Shown one piece after another: positions 52,662 through 64,000 of a DNA stretch of 64,000 nt. This stretch comes from Lepidodermella squamata. Lineage: Eukaryota > Animalia > Gastrotricha. The notes under the pieces are model-generated. The model was not told the origin of the DNA and searched no databases. It saw nothing but the letters and a program-made list of their open reading frames with translations. The position numbers and the translations under genes were made by a program. Location: contig JBLDXI010000021.1 in assembly GCA_047495785.1 (NCBI GenBank), positions 2,294,001-2,358,000 on the forward strand, in the 5' to 3' direction. Every line of letters starts with the position of its first letter. The first letter of the stretch is position 1.

Positions 52662-53859
52662 ATGGCACATTTTGCGAAAACGGCTCTTCTGTTGAGAAAA
52701 CGACGTCGCCCGTCTGTTCGAATTTTGCTATTACTCATAGCTGTGATTTTCATTGCCCTGCTGCTGTTGATTTATCGGTTGGTAAGAACGCCTGATATCA
52801 TCATTCATCCAAAGCTGATACCGAGCGACTGCAAGCTTCTAGCCCCTAACGGCAAGCACAACAGAAACGCTGCTCTGCCTTACCTAGAAACAGCCTACAT
52901 CAGGGCCGATGTTGAACCTGGTCTAATAACACAAGAACTGCTGACCTCGATTTATCGCGTCAACTCGCCTAAGATTGAGCAGAAGAGGTAGGCCACGATT
53001 TTTATTGTCGCATGTCGAAAAACTATATCCATTCCATCAATATAGATTGATGTCGCAGAATAATGAAAAATGCGCAGCAGTGAAAGGTCGGAAAATTCTG
53101 ATGAATTACGCCGATGGAGGGTGTTGCCACGAGGCCCAGAGGCGAAACTGCATTTCTGGCATCACGCTGAGTGGCTTCGATATGTGTATTCCATTTTCAA
53201 ACTGGTCAATCAGTGACCCTCTCTTCGTCTCAAAAAACTGTGATTTACTGTCGGAGAAGTTATGGCTATGGAAGCCTTATTTAATTTTACAAGTTTTACT
53301 CGCACTCGATGAGGGTGATATTCTGTTTTATTCCGACTCGGGCTCACAATTTGTTGATAACATCGACTCGACCCTGATTTGCCTGCAAAACAGTATGCAG
53401 CAAAATGTCGTAGTATTCAGCCTCGACTATCCTGAGACCAAATTTACGAAGGAAGATGCCTTCGTCTTGATGGACTGTGATAATGCTGAATGCAGAAATT
53501 CACTACAGCGCCTGGCGAGTTTTATTCTGTTGAGAAAGTCAACTGAATCAGTTCGATTTGTCTCCGAATGGCTGACGTATGCTCAAGACAGGCGCATCCT
53601 CTCAAACGACCATAGCATCTTCGGCTGGGATGCCATCAAGTTCTTCTTCATAGACCCGAAGACAGCGCGACCTCGATTCGGCGAGCACCGGCATGATCAG
53701 AGTATACTGAGCTTGTTATCGAAAAAATGGGACATTTCAGCTTGGCCAGACCCAAGCCAGTACGGTGATTTCGGAGTTGGCGCCGAGCTTAAAAAGCTGG
53801 AAAAATTCAAATTCCTGAGAGGCCGGACGCTGATCGACCACTCTCGTCGCAGAGATTGA
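52662..53859 (+). CDS. Type II membrane glycosyltransferase-like protein, paralog 1 (exons 52662-52987, 53046-53859)
   Basis: Basic N-tail plus TM (RKRRRPSVRILLLLIAVIFIALLLLIY), stem, then WLWKPYLI...GDILFYSDSG...FTKEDAF...FVSEWL...EHRHDQSILSLL; the two overlapping ORFs are joined by intron 52988-53045. Confidence 0.75.
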
Positions 53860-54139
53860 ATTTCCACGTTTTATTTTATTTTTATTGAATAAACGAATTG
53901 TTTCAAAAATTAAATCAGGCTTGTTTTCGGCATCTTTGTTTAACTTTTTATTTGAATACAAAGAACATATAATACGAGTGCATCAACTTTTATTACAACA
54001 AAGGTGCAGTGTGAAAATAACACTACGCAGAAAGTGTTAGACCCGCACAAAATTTCCCGGCATATGCTATCGGTGAGGCCAGAATAACTAGCCTAATATT
54101 TGAGTTGAAGTTGGGAAAATTCCGCTCTTTCGGCACCTT

Positions 54140-55840
54140 ATGCGCCGGGTCATGATGGCGCTTTTGGCAAGGCGCCAGACAATCGCTCTCGCGCTGATAG
54201 TCGCAGCGGCTGTTTGGATCATAAAGTCAGCCCTAATAAAAGGAGACCATTATACACCTCGCCAACTGTCGTTTGATGAACTACCACCGGAGATTCAACC
54301 ACTTGCCGAAGAGCAATTTTCATTGATGAAACATTTCGACTATGACTATCCGGACGAGGCTGTCGCATCGAACTGTTCTTTGTCATCTCAATATTTCAAC
54401 TTGCCCAACGAAGTCGAAAGGGCCAAGGCTTATTTTTTAGATTTGCCAACTTCGTCACTCTCGCCATTAGCCTGTGCAGATAATAGAGTCACTGTTAAGC
54501 GTTTAGCTATGGACATGGATGGTTCAAAATGGCTGAAACCGGTCTTAAGCTCGATCAATACTACGAGATCGGATAGGTTATATTACAGCTGCTGTTCATT
54601 AAAGGATAAATTGTTTTTGTTATCTTATTTCGGTAGATTCTACGAATATTGTCGTGACAAAGATGGCTCTTTTGCCTATGGAGACCCCGGGAAATGCAAG
54701 GAAGTCCAAGGCCGGCGAGTTTTGATCAATTACGCTGGCGCAGGCTGCTGTTTACGAAGTCAGTACATCAACTGCGTTACCGGACTCAAAAAGGGTCGCT
54801 TCGATCTATGCATATCGTTCAATGAACGGGTGAGTTGAAAGATAGGGCTGAACTCGAAATTGAAAAGCAACACGTTATATATCCAATAATCAGTCGATCG
54901 ATTATCGTTTTGCATCCAAAAGCTGCCGCATTTTTAGGCGTCGTGTTGGAGCAGGGTTAGTTATTTTACTGTCATCGATATAACAAAATATTCCTTATTT
55001 TTTAGCCTCAAACTTTGGAAACCTTACATCATATATCGAACACTGCTTGCCCTCGAAGACGGCGACGTTGTATTTTACGCCGATTCTGGCTCTGAGTTCG
55101 TCGCCAACATTGACTCTACGCTCTTCTGCAATCAGGTTTTATCGATATGCCAATATTGGAGCAGTTTCTTCAATCCCAACATGAATAGGCAAAGCTCAAG
55201 CAGGATATAGTCGTATTTTCTTCAAGTAATGTCGAAGCCAGCCGAACGAAGAAAGAGGCCTTCTCGCTGATGGGCTGTGAGACTAAGGATTGCCTTGATT
55301 CAGTACAGCGAATGTCTAGCTTCGTGCTCTTGCGAAAATCCCACGAATCTGTGCGGTTTGTAGCCGAGTGGCTAGCGTATTCGCAGGATTATCGCATCAT
55401 TTCGAATCAAAATACAGGCCAAGTTCACAGCGGCGAGCAGAGCATTCTTAGTCTACTGTCCAAAAGATGGAATATTGGTAATTTTTACGACTAATCACTG
55501 CATGTCTGAAGAACCCTCCAAATCCCAATTCGATTACATTATTATTGGAAAAAGCTGGCAAGAAACTTGCTGCTTATATAGTGAAAACTTTAATGATTTT
55601 TCCATTTTCGCTTGGTATAATGTTCCCATTTGTTTTGTTTTCTTTCCATTTTACTTCTGCGGCTAAAAGAAGCCTGGCCAGGTAATCTTTAGCTGCTAAA
55701 CCAACTTTTTGATAAGGCTGTTCCCACTCATAGATCCAACACAAAATCGGAGATCTAACACCTCGGAGAGCAACTACAACGATCGCTTCAGTTTCGTGAG
55801 AGCATCGCCTCTTATTGAACACACCAGAAGCTTGCTTTAA
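54140..55840 (+). CDS. Type II membrane glycosyltransferase-like protein, paralog 2 (exons ~54140-54577, 54638-54828, 54894-54955, 55006-55134, 55189-55477, 55670-55681, 55734-55840)
   Basis: N-terminal TM; NYAGAGCC, LKLWKPYIIY, VFYADSG-type motif, FVAEWLAY, QSILSLLSKRW colinear with paralog 1. Confidence 0.72.
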
Positions 55841-57291
55841 AACTTTGACATCCCAGTGAAATCTAAATCAATTAATATCGTGCGACAATTTCTTCTAAAT
55901 ATTCTCATGTTTCGGCGCAGGAAAAATCGATAAATCGTTGTTTACTCAATCGTAAAAGCTTGTTTATTGTCGCTTGGGTTTGAAAAATCAAGCTAAACAG
56001 GATAATTTATAGCCTAGGCGGATGTGCTGCACATAATTGCAACACTTTTGTAAACAAATAAAGTTGCAAAAACCGCGGCGCACCAGCAAGTCCCCATAGC
56101 TCGTAGTTGAAATGACCTTTGGCAAGTGAAATTTGGGGTTTGGCGACAATCTTGACAACGTGAAATTTTGATGTCGCTTTCGAGATCAATTAACGAGGAG
56201 TCGAATAATATCAAAAAGACGTCGAGATTCATCAGGGGCTGAGAAATTGGGCTTCAAAGCTTACCAGCGAAAAATGTTAATTTCGAAAAAAGTGCGCCTT
56301 AATAATTTGAGTTTTCATTATGCCAATTAATAATTCCTCACACATTATTGTAATTTTTTATCCTCACACATTTTTTATGCGCTGTAGACATTTCAGGGTA
56401 ATCTGAGGTGAGGTATCTCGCTAGATGCTAGATTTACAAAATTGTGTCTCCATATCAACCTGAACTGATAACGCTTTTCAGGTAAGGGTAAGGGTTTCCC
56501 GTCTATTAAGGGTTTTGGTAGCCTCCTGGGAATCTTAGACTTGAAAATTTAGAATCCACAAGAAAAATTGAGTAAGGCCATTATGGAATCCAAGAATCAT
56601 CCTTCTTCAAGTCAGCACGCCTTTTTCGATTTGCTGAAAAATTCTCTAAACCCCACTTTTCACTTGTTAACGGTCAAATAGTTTTTTACCCGCACCCATC
56701 GCTGCGTTTGCACGCAATTTTCTTCGACTATTAATTTAATTTTATTGCATCCAATTATGGCCATTAAGTTTCGCTTGATGGTCTATTAACCTGGATAGGT
56801 GCGGCCCGGAGTTTTACAAGTGTTTTGGCACTGCGTCGCCTTTGCAACTGTTTCCATTGTAACAATGCATTTTTTGCAAAACAATGCATCTATGTAAAGA
56901 GCGGCTTGTGTGTCACAGCGAAAACATGAAAATAATTCTTCGGCATATTTTTACGTTAGCCTTGTGGGATCACCTTGTGTACAAAAATTGTTGAATTTCG
57001 CTCGACACATGCTTTTCGCGCTGTTTTCCCTGCTCGGTTATATGACGCATTTTTTTAACCACGCGAAGGGAAACGCACTGGTTGAATGCTTGCTTTATAC
57101 ACTTCGCCTCACTCCAAGTAATAAGTAACTCGCTGTATAGCACTCGTGCGCTTGTGTCAAAAAACTTTAAAGCAAACAGTTGTGAAGGGAGACGTGAGAT
57201 GTTTAGGATAAATAAATCTCGTGCTTGTAGTGGGTAGCGCATAATTTTTACCGCCTCGTTATCAGCTGCTCGCAAAAAAATCGCGCGTCTC

Positions 57292-59048
57292 ATGCTGTTC
57301 CCGGACGTTTATTCTAGATTTAAGTTTAAGTTCATCAAACCGCGAGGCACGACGGCGCTCTTCGTACGGTTCGCGCGTCGTTTTTCGACGCTTCAGCTGG
57401 CGGCTGTCGCTGCCGGATGTGGTATCTTACTTGTACTCCTGATCATCCAACTTATCATCAAACCGCCAATGATACTGGTGCAACGCGCATTCAATTTCGA
57501 TAATCCATACCCGTTCGACTACGATCCACCTGCGATGCCGGATATAAAAATTGTTGATGGAAAAGTGGTCCCTCTGCCACCAGAAGTTTTGCTTAAACGT
57601 TTTCACGACGAGCTTCATCCTGTGTTCGACGCCCAGGCTTCTCTCTGCAAACTAAATCCTCAATTCTACAACTTCTCCAAGAATCCGGTCGAGTTTGTTA
57701 CTGCTTTTACATTGAACACGACTGGCTGCGACGGCGAAATTCAATCGTCGAAACTCGAGATGAATACCGAGCATTGGCTTGACCCTGTTTACAAAGATCT
57801 AAAAATCGACACTTCGTAAGGGCCGATAAATCAAATTTAATTTGTTGAATTGATTGTTTTTTTCAACAAAAGATTTTTGGAGCAGTGTCGCTTCATTGAG
57901 CCCGAGGATAATACAACAACAATTACAATCAAACGTGATCGCTGTTCGCTGATTGAAGGTCGGCGAGTTCTGGTCAATTATGCTGGCAGCGGCTGTTGTC
58001 GAGCCAGTCAACACCGCAATTGCCGGTCAGGCCTGCAAAAAGGCGGGTTTGACGTGTGCCTCGCGTTCAACGAATCGGTAAACAATTGAATATGATGAAT
58101 ACTTTTACTATTTACTTAAATTCGTGTCGAATTACAGGCTATTGACAAGGAATTCGCCACAAAAAATTGTCAGACTTTAAATGCTCAACCTGGTGCAGGT
58201 GAACCTAACATTTTCACTGGGATTTTAAATTCGATTTTTATTTAAATAAAGGTCTCTGGGCATGGAAACCATATATCATATACCGAACTCTACTAGCTTT
58301 ACGCGAAGGGGACATCATTTTCTACTCAGATGCTGGCACCGAATTCATAAAGGACATTGAATCGACAGTTTTGTGTCAAATGGTCGTGTTTTTGATGGTA
58401 CTATCGCTGTTTTATCCTGTATTTTTCTGAAGGTTCGGTTGGACGAGGACATTGCAGTATTTTCTGTTGGCCTAGCCGAAAAGGACTTCACCAAGGAAGA
58501 TGCGTTTATGTTGTTGGGGTGTGTCACCCCAGAGTGCCGTAACACCTGGCAAAGAAGCGGCACTTTTGTGATACTTCGGAAATCTCATCGAAGTGTTCGA
58601 TTCGTTCTCGAATGGTTGACATACGCACAGGATTATCGCGTCATATCAAATGAGGATTTCAAACTCTTTGAAAAGCAAAATTATCGACTTCGAGGCCATC
58701 GCAATGATCAAAGTATTCTTAGTCTTCTTTCCAAAAAATGGAACCTCGGTAAGTTGACACGATTCAAAACTAATTATTGACGTTAATTCGGCTTTTCTTT
58801 TTAGATTTATGGCCTGGTACGTTTCCTTTGACAAATCTTTGATAGAAATAGCCATTTTTCAAATAATAGACCCATCTCAATGGGGCGACCAAACTCCGGG
58901 CACAGATCCAAATACCGAAGCAATAAAGGCGCAAGATAAATTCAGGTTGGCTTACCTTGACATGAGCTTTCATTCAACATGTTTTTCTTGCAGCTTCATG
59001 AAAGGGAAGCATTATATTCTTCATACGAGAGACAAGAGCAAAAGATGA
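57292..59048 (+). CDS. Type II membrane glycosyltransferase-like protein, paralog 3 (exons ~57292-57815, 57873-58077, 58138-58198, 58252-58382, 58433-58748, 58805-58816, 58870-58945, 58994-59048)
   Basis: N-terminal TM; NYAGSGCC, GAGLWAWKPYIIY, GDIIFYSDAG, FTKEDAF, FVLEWLTYAQD, GHRNDQSILSLLSKKW. Confidence 0.75.
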
Positions 59049-59235
59049 CCATATTTCCATATCTTTGTTCAGGCGCTTTCACGCTATGGTTGTCAACAGC
59101 AGCTTTAACAAAATCATTTTTTGTGTTTTTTACGCGGCCAAAAATAAAAGAAACTGTTTCATTCCGTCATAATTTTATTATTTTTACAAAAATTGAATGC
59201 AGAGTTGCACAATATACTTGAGGAGAACAAGGCCC

Positions 59236-61710
59236 TCATTTCTTCCCTTTCTTCAATTTTTCGTTACTTGCAGCATTATGATTGATCGGCTTTTTACCGA
59301 ATCGATAAGCACGTCGAGTTTTCCGGTTCCATTGTTGAGCATCAACTGTATCGTTTTTCTTGGTAGATTTTTTCAAAGCCCCAGGTGCCAGTTTAGGATT
59401 GAAGCTGCTCAGCTGTACGTTGTCGACGAGATTGCTGACCAGCTTGGGTTTTGGCTTCTTCTTTCCAGGATTAGCTGCCTTTGCTTCGTTAGCTTCTGCC
59501 TTCCGGCCCTTTTCTTCGCAAGCAGCCAGGTCAGCCACCAGTGAATGACGACCAAATATTTCTTTTGGAGACCTAAATATAGAAAATGAATAAAACCGGA
59601 AAATCTCGATTTATAACTAGCATACATTCGGCAGTAAGCTTCAAGGTTGATTGAGGAATCGAATTTCTTCGGGTTCTTCTTGTTTTCTGCGTCTGCCGCT
59701 GATGTTAGATGCTCGTAGGCAAATTTGGTTGAAAATGCCGCCAGCGGTTGGCAAGCTGAGGATTGCAGCAGCGTAAGTTCGTACAAGAAAGATCCTTCGG
59801 CCGAACAATGCTCGGGGTCTTCGACATCCGGGCGGTAGATCCCGCCAGGCCGATAAGGGCTCGGGTCGAGGAGGCGGTCCAGAGAAGGGAAAATGCCGAA
59901 AAGAGTCCGCAAGAACGTTATCAAAGCGAGAGAGTAAGCGCTCTCTGGCGCGCAAGCCAACGCAGCAGTTGCGATCCGTTTCGCAAAGGCGAATAACCGT
60001 TCGTCAGACAAATGCTTTCGACGCTTGACCAGCATAAAGTCTAGGCATTCCAGCATCGCGGTGAAATCGTCGACCGGCCAGCGGCTGAAGTCACCAGTTG
60101 TCAGCAGGATGAACAGGTGTCGGTAGAATCGGGCGGGGTCCACGTCTAACGCTTCTCCGTCACCTTGCATCATTTTGAAAGCCGATCGGATGCAGTTTAA
60201 TGATTCATGAGCCGACAGTTTCTGCAAATATCAATAAAACCTCGGCAAGAAATGCGACAAGTTTACTTACCCCAGATTCAAGCAAAATGCCGAGCGTTCT
60301 GAATAGATCATCGTAATAATCCACGCTCATGAAGCAAGAGAAATTCGCCATTCCTTCAAGAACGGCAGACAGAAGTGGGGTATCCGCGCCATTGCTTGAC
60401 GACGAAGCCGCGGTTTTGAGCACGAAGAAATAAACGCTGAACAATTGCTCGACGATTTGAGTTTGCTTTAAACAAACAATATATTACGGAAATGTTTACA
60501 TGCCAATTCTTTCAACTTACCAGTCCGAGTTTTTTCTTCTCGTTTTCCACAGCTCCAGCCGCTTCAAGCTGCTTATTGACTTTATCAAGATCTTTTTGCT
60601 TTTTTTGCTCCTTCTTTGAAAGCAGCTTGAACTTCAGACGCCGCAGCCGCTTTTCCTCACGCTCTCGAGTAGGGGCGTTAAAGTCAACTTCGCGAATTTT
60701 CAGCTTAGTGAAAACTTTGATCATATCAGGACGAACAGCATACTTGTGTTTTTTAACGTATTTGCAAATCACTCTCACTGCCTCAATAGCTACTTCACGA
60801 GTTTTATCGACTTGGAATAACGATCCGATAAATTGGCATGCAAGCTCTGAGATTTCATTGACTCCTGAATTCATCAGAGGTATGATCACACGAAGGATAT
60901 TTTGAGAAAAATTGAACGAGGGTCGTGCAACTAACAGCTCGCCAAAGCAACGAACGACAACACAGCACAGTCGAGTCGATGCTTGTTTCGGCACATTGAA
61001 TGGCTTCAATAAGGCAAGCAATTTCTTAGGCAGATGCCTCTCCATGTAGGCCAAGTAGCTGTAGACATTCAACAAATTATTGGCATTTTCAAAGATTCTT
61101 TACTTACTGTTTGTAGCCTGATAGCATTTGCTCTTCGTGCTGACGGAGTTGTTTCGTTTCTTTTTTAGCACGTTGCTTTTTCTCAGCCTCTGTAGCAATT
61201 CGAATGCGGTAGCTTGGTAGGATGTCCTTGAATAATTCGCAAATCGTGGCTGTCGCAAACATCCACAATTTTGCTTGACAGCGCACATCAATCGACTCGA
61301 GAACAGATTGCATTTCCTTTAACCTTCCGATTTCTGTCTGAGGACTCTCGAGGATTTTGCTCGCAGATACAGCAATTATACGCCGCTTCTCAGCGGCCTT
61401 TGCCAGTGTCTCGGCATAGATATAAACCAGAGAAGCGGGCTTTTTTTCAGCTGCCTCATCTTCGTTAGCACCTGCAAAATCAAGTTAGGACCATAGGTAC
61501 AAGTCTTAATGGATCATTCTATTACTTTCATTGTGGCTTTCCTCTGGAACTGAACTTTTAGCTTGGATATGCTTATTCAAAGCGTTAGCTTTAACGGTTC
61601 TTCCGATTTTGACGGGTAGCAGCGTTCGAGCAACTTTCTCTTCGGCATCAGCTGATTCCAAAGCTCGCTTTCGTTGTTTCGCCTCGTACTTTTCTTCGAT
61701 AATAACCATC
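59236..61710 (-). CDS. NOC3L: Nucleolar complex protein 3 homolog (5'-partial; exons ~61710-61526, 61471-61108, 61039-60520, 60466-60270, 60221-59625, 59572-59236)
   Basis: LLPVK, ELFKDILPSYRIR, KKETKQLRQHEEQMLSGYKQY, LLVARPSFNF, LSAVLEGMANFS..MSVDYYDDL, GEALDVDPARFYRHLF, RLFAFAKRI, GIYRPDVEDPEHC (CBF/Mak21 domain); 5' exon(s) not identified. Confidence 0.9.
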
Positions 61711-64000
61711 CTAAAAATTATCAGACTAATACGATGAGTACAGGGTAGTGTATATATCTGCTTTTGCAAGAGGTCCAGAGCATGAGCAATAACTATGCGA
61801 CGACCTTCAGATATCGGTCATTCGATATATAAATTCACAAGTTTGTGAGTATCTATCTAATGAGCTATGACTCAAGGTCGCCGCATCCACAGTTATTGCT
61901 CTGGACACCTGGCAACTAGTAAGCTTATACTTACATAAACAGTAGAAGTAAGGTGTGAGGTGATGAGTAACCTCTACTATGTGAACAAAAATGTGTATTT
62001 GTGTTCTGCTTTCGGCAGTGCTCTCAGAAGCTGGTCATTAATGATTTTAGGACGCACGGAAGATCCAACAGACAGCGATAAATCATTACATAAGACGGGG
62101 TAAGTGTTTCGGGCCCTTCTTCTTTCGAGAATTACACTAGTGGTTCGCCAGCTCGGAAGCCCTAGAATTTCGACACTATCTGAGCTGCGGTGCCGCACTT
62201 TATGAGCTGACGACAAATTAGTCATTTTTAAAGAGGACAGCCAGATAAAGAGGACGCCACTGAGTAATTCCAGAGTGGGTTTTATGTACTATGTAAAAGT
62301 AGAACCAAAAAGATAAGCGAGAGGTGAGTGCCACTGATTGAATATTGCACGAAATACGCAAATATCACCAACAAGTGTATCAATAACTAAATTGATGGAT
62401 TAAAATTGAAAATTGTGAATCGCCGATAAAATGGTGATTAATGGGCAGATGATTTCCTTTCTATCACTCATCATTAATTACAGCTAGCGTCTGACTGTAT
62501 CACTGTCAAGCTTCAACCTCCACGTAAACATACCTACATGAATGGTTTCTTCCCTATAGCATGCTGCCGATCACGTATATTCTCACCTAGATTTAATCTC
62601 ATTTTACGTCATATTGGGACATTGAGGTGGCTAAGCCAAATGAACAAGATGCCCGCAGCCCGCAGGTAAACGAGTGGGTGAGGACATCACATCGATCACG
62701 AGTTTGCAGCATGTTTATCAAACGGTTTTGAGAATCCTAAATGAAATTAATTTCAAATTCAGTCAAGAATGTTGTTTCCAACCAATATTTAAATGGATTA
62801 AAAATAATTTTTAAATATTTTTTCAGAGATTACGTCAAATGGGGCCCGCTATAATCATAGTGTTGCAACGAGCCCGTCATTTGACCCAATCTCGTCTCTC
62901 ATCCTCTCCCTTCTGACCCCTGCGACTGATGACTGATGACTGGCAACCAAATGAACGATGATTTCACAATTTTACAAAAAATAACACTTTACCTGAATTA
63001 ATTAATGAATCACTCCACCTTTTCGCTTTCGCTGGGGTTATTGACAAGCTATGCAAATCAGTGCGCTATGCTCAATTTGGCACTTGGCAATGATGCTTCA
63101 TATGACTTCTCTTAATCGGGATGATATTTTTGCTACCGCATATAATTTTTTGCATTGAATGATATTGCTAATAAGTTTGGCTATAGCTATGACCTATGAC
63201 ATCCCAAGCATCCGGTGAGCACTAATTTTGCGTCTTGCCTTGTTTATAGCCATTAGCCATTCGCTGCATCATCCCGACTCCCGACTCCAGACTTTGCTCA
63301 TGGGTTTATTGTGTTTATTTATCCTGGGTGAGGGTCAGCAAAGCTTGGCTGAAAATCTGTTGAGTTGGTTTTTTGTTTGATAGCAGGCTAAGAGCTAAGA
63401 GGGCGAAGGGCTGATCGACTTGCGCTTTGGACATTTCCTTTGTCCAAAAGATTCTTTCAACAGGAACGATCTAACTTATAACATGTAAGTATGTTGCGCT
63501 GAAATACTTATATTTTCGAATTTTTGAAGATTTGATATAGTTTATGTTGGCCTTTGCCTTTTTACGTAGCCTTAGGGCTTTTTTACTTGATGTGTCTTCA
63601 AGTGGGGCTCCAGATCATCGATTACTGGGTAGCTTCCTTTGGTAAACGCTGTTACTCTTTCCAGCAATGGTTCCAAATGTGAAATCTCAGTATCCGTTTC
63701 TCATTTTCGCACCTTTGGTCATTTTTTATAGAAATTAGCATTGATTATGATTTGCCGATGAAAGTCTTGCTAGTTAATATCCAGTGTTAACGTGGGCAAT
63801 TAGCGTTTCTTACAGCTTACAGCTACCAGCTACCTATAAATTTAGCTTTCCTGTCTTAAATTCCTGTTAATAGGGATAAATTTGCATTATAATTTGGTAA
63901 TATCATTCCTGGGATCAATTTTAGATTTATTCACCTTGTCGAGAACAATTAAGCACTTCGGTACTGAGTTGCGCTAATGTTCATTTCCTCTTGGGTCAGT

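Noticed and set aside
52975-53045. Apparent frameshift between ORFs 52662-52991 and 52975-53859
   Set aside because: Explained by a canonical 58-nt intron (AG|gtaggc...tatag|A) at a position shared with paralogs 2 and 3
59236-59538. Separate Lys-rich 100-aa gene
   Set aside because: Joins NOC3L in frame through intron 59624-59573 (AT|gtatgc...tttag|G TCT CCA)
61770-64000. Upstream NOC3L exons or a transposon ORF
   Set aside because: No convincing exon or transposase/RT motif; only short tandem repeats (gactgat, cccgact, agctac) and broken frames
1-64000. Prokaryotic features (operons, CRISPR) and rRNA/tRNA genes
   Set aside because: Spliceosomal introns throughout; no repeat-spacer array or recognisable structural RNA seen by eye

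Overview
Eukaryotic (animal) genomic DNA with a compact gene structure and mostly ~50-60 nt GT-AG introns, so the ORF track fragments most genes; exon models below were assembled by eye from splice signals and reading-frame continuity. Left to right: a claudin/PMP22-like gene (-); a dispersed array of seven paralogous secreted, probably GPI-anchored, Cys-rich EB/EGF-like module proteins (six +, one -; 6.4-33.2 kb) interleaved with a group II PLP decarboxylase (aspartate 1-decarboxylase/CSAD-like) and a small secreted LRR gene; two small secreted-peptide genes largely invisible to the ORF track (a 44-aa peptide and a tandem C-C-CC-C-C Cys-rich precursor); two tandem prominin-like pentaspan genes; an orphan class A GPCR; three tandem type II membrane glycosyltransferase-like genes whose catalytic domain looks bacterial/giant-virus-like (candidate domesticated horizontal transfer); and the 3' part of NOC3L (-). 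Two MITE-like inverted-repeat elements and a few microsatellites are present. No rRNA, tRNA or CRISPR seen. Family assignments rest on motif recognition, not on database searches.
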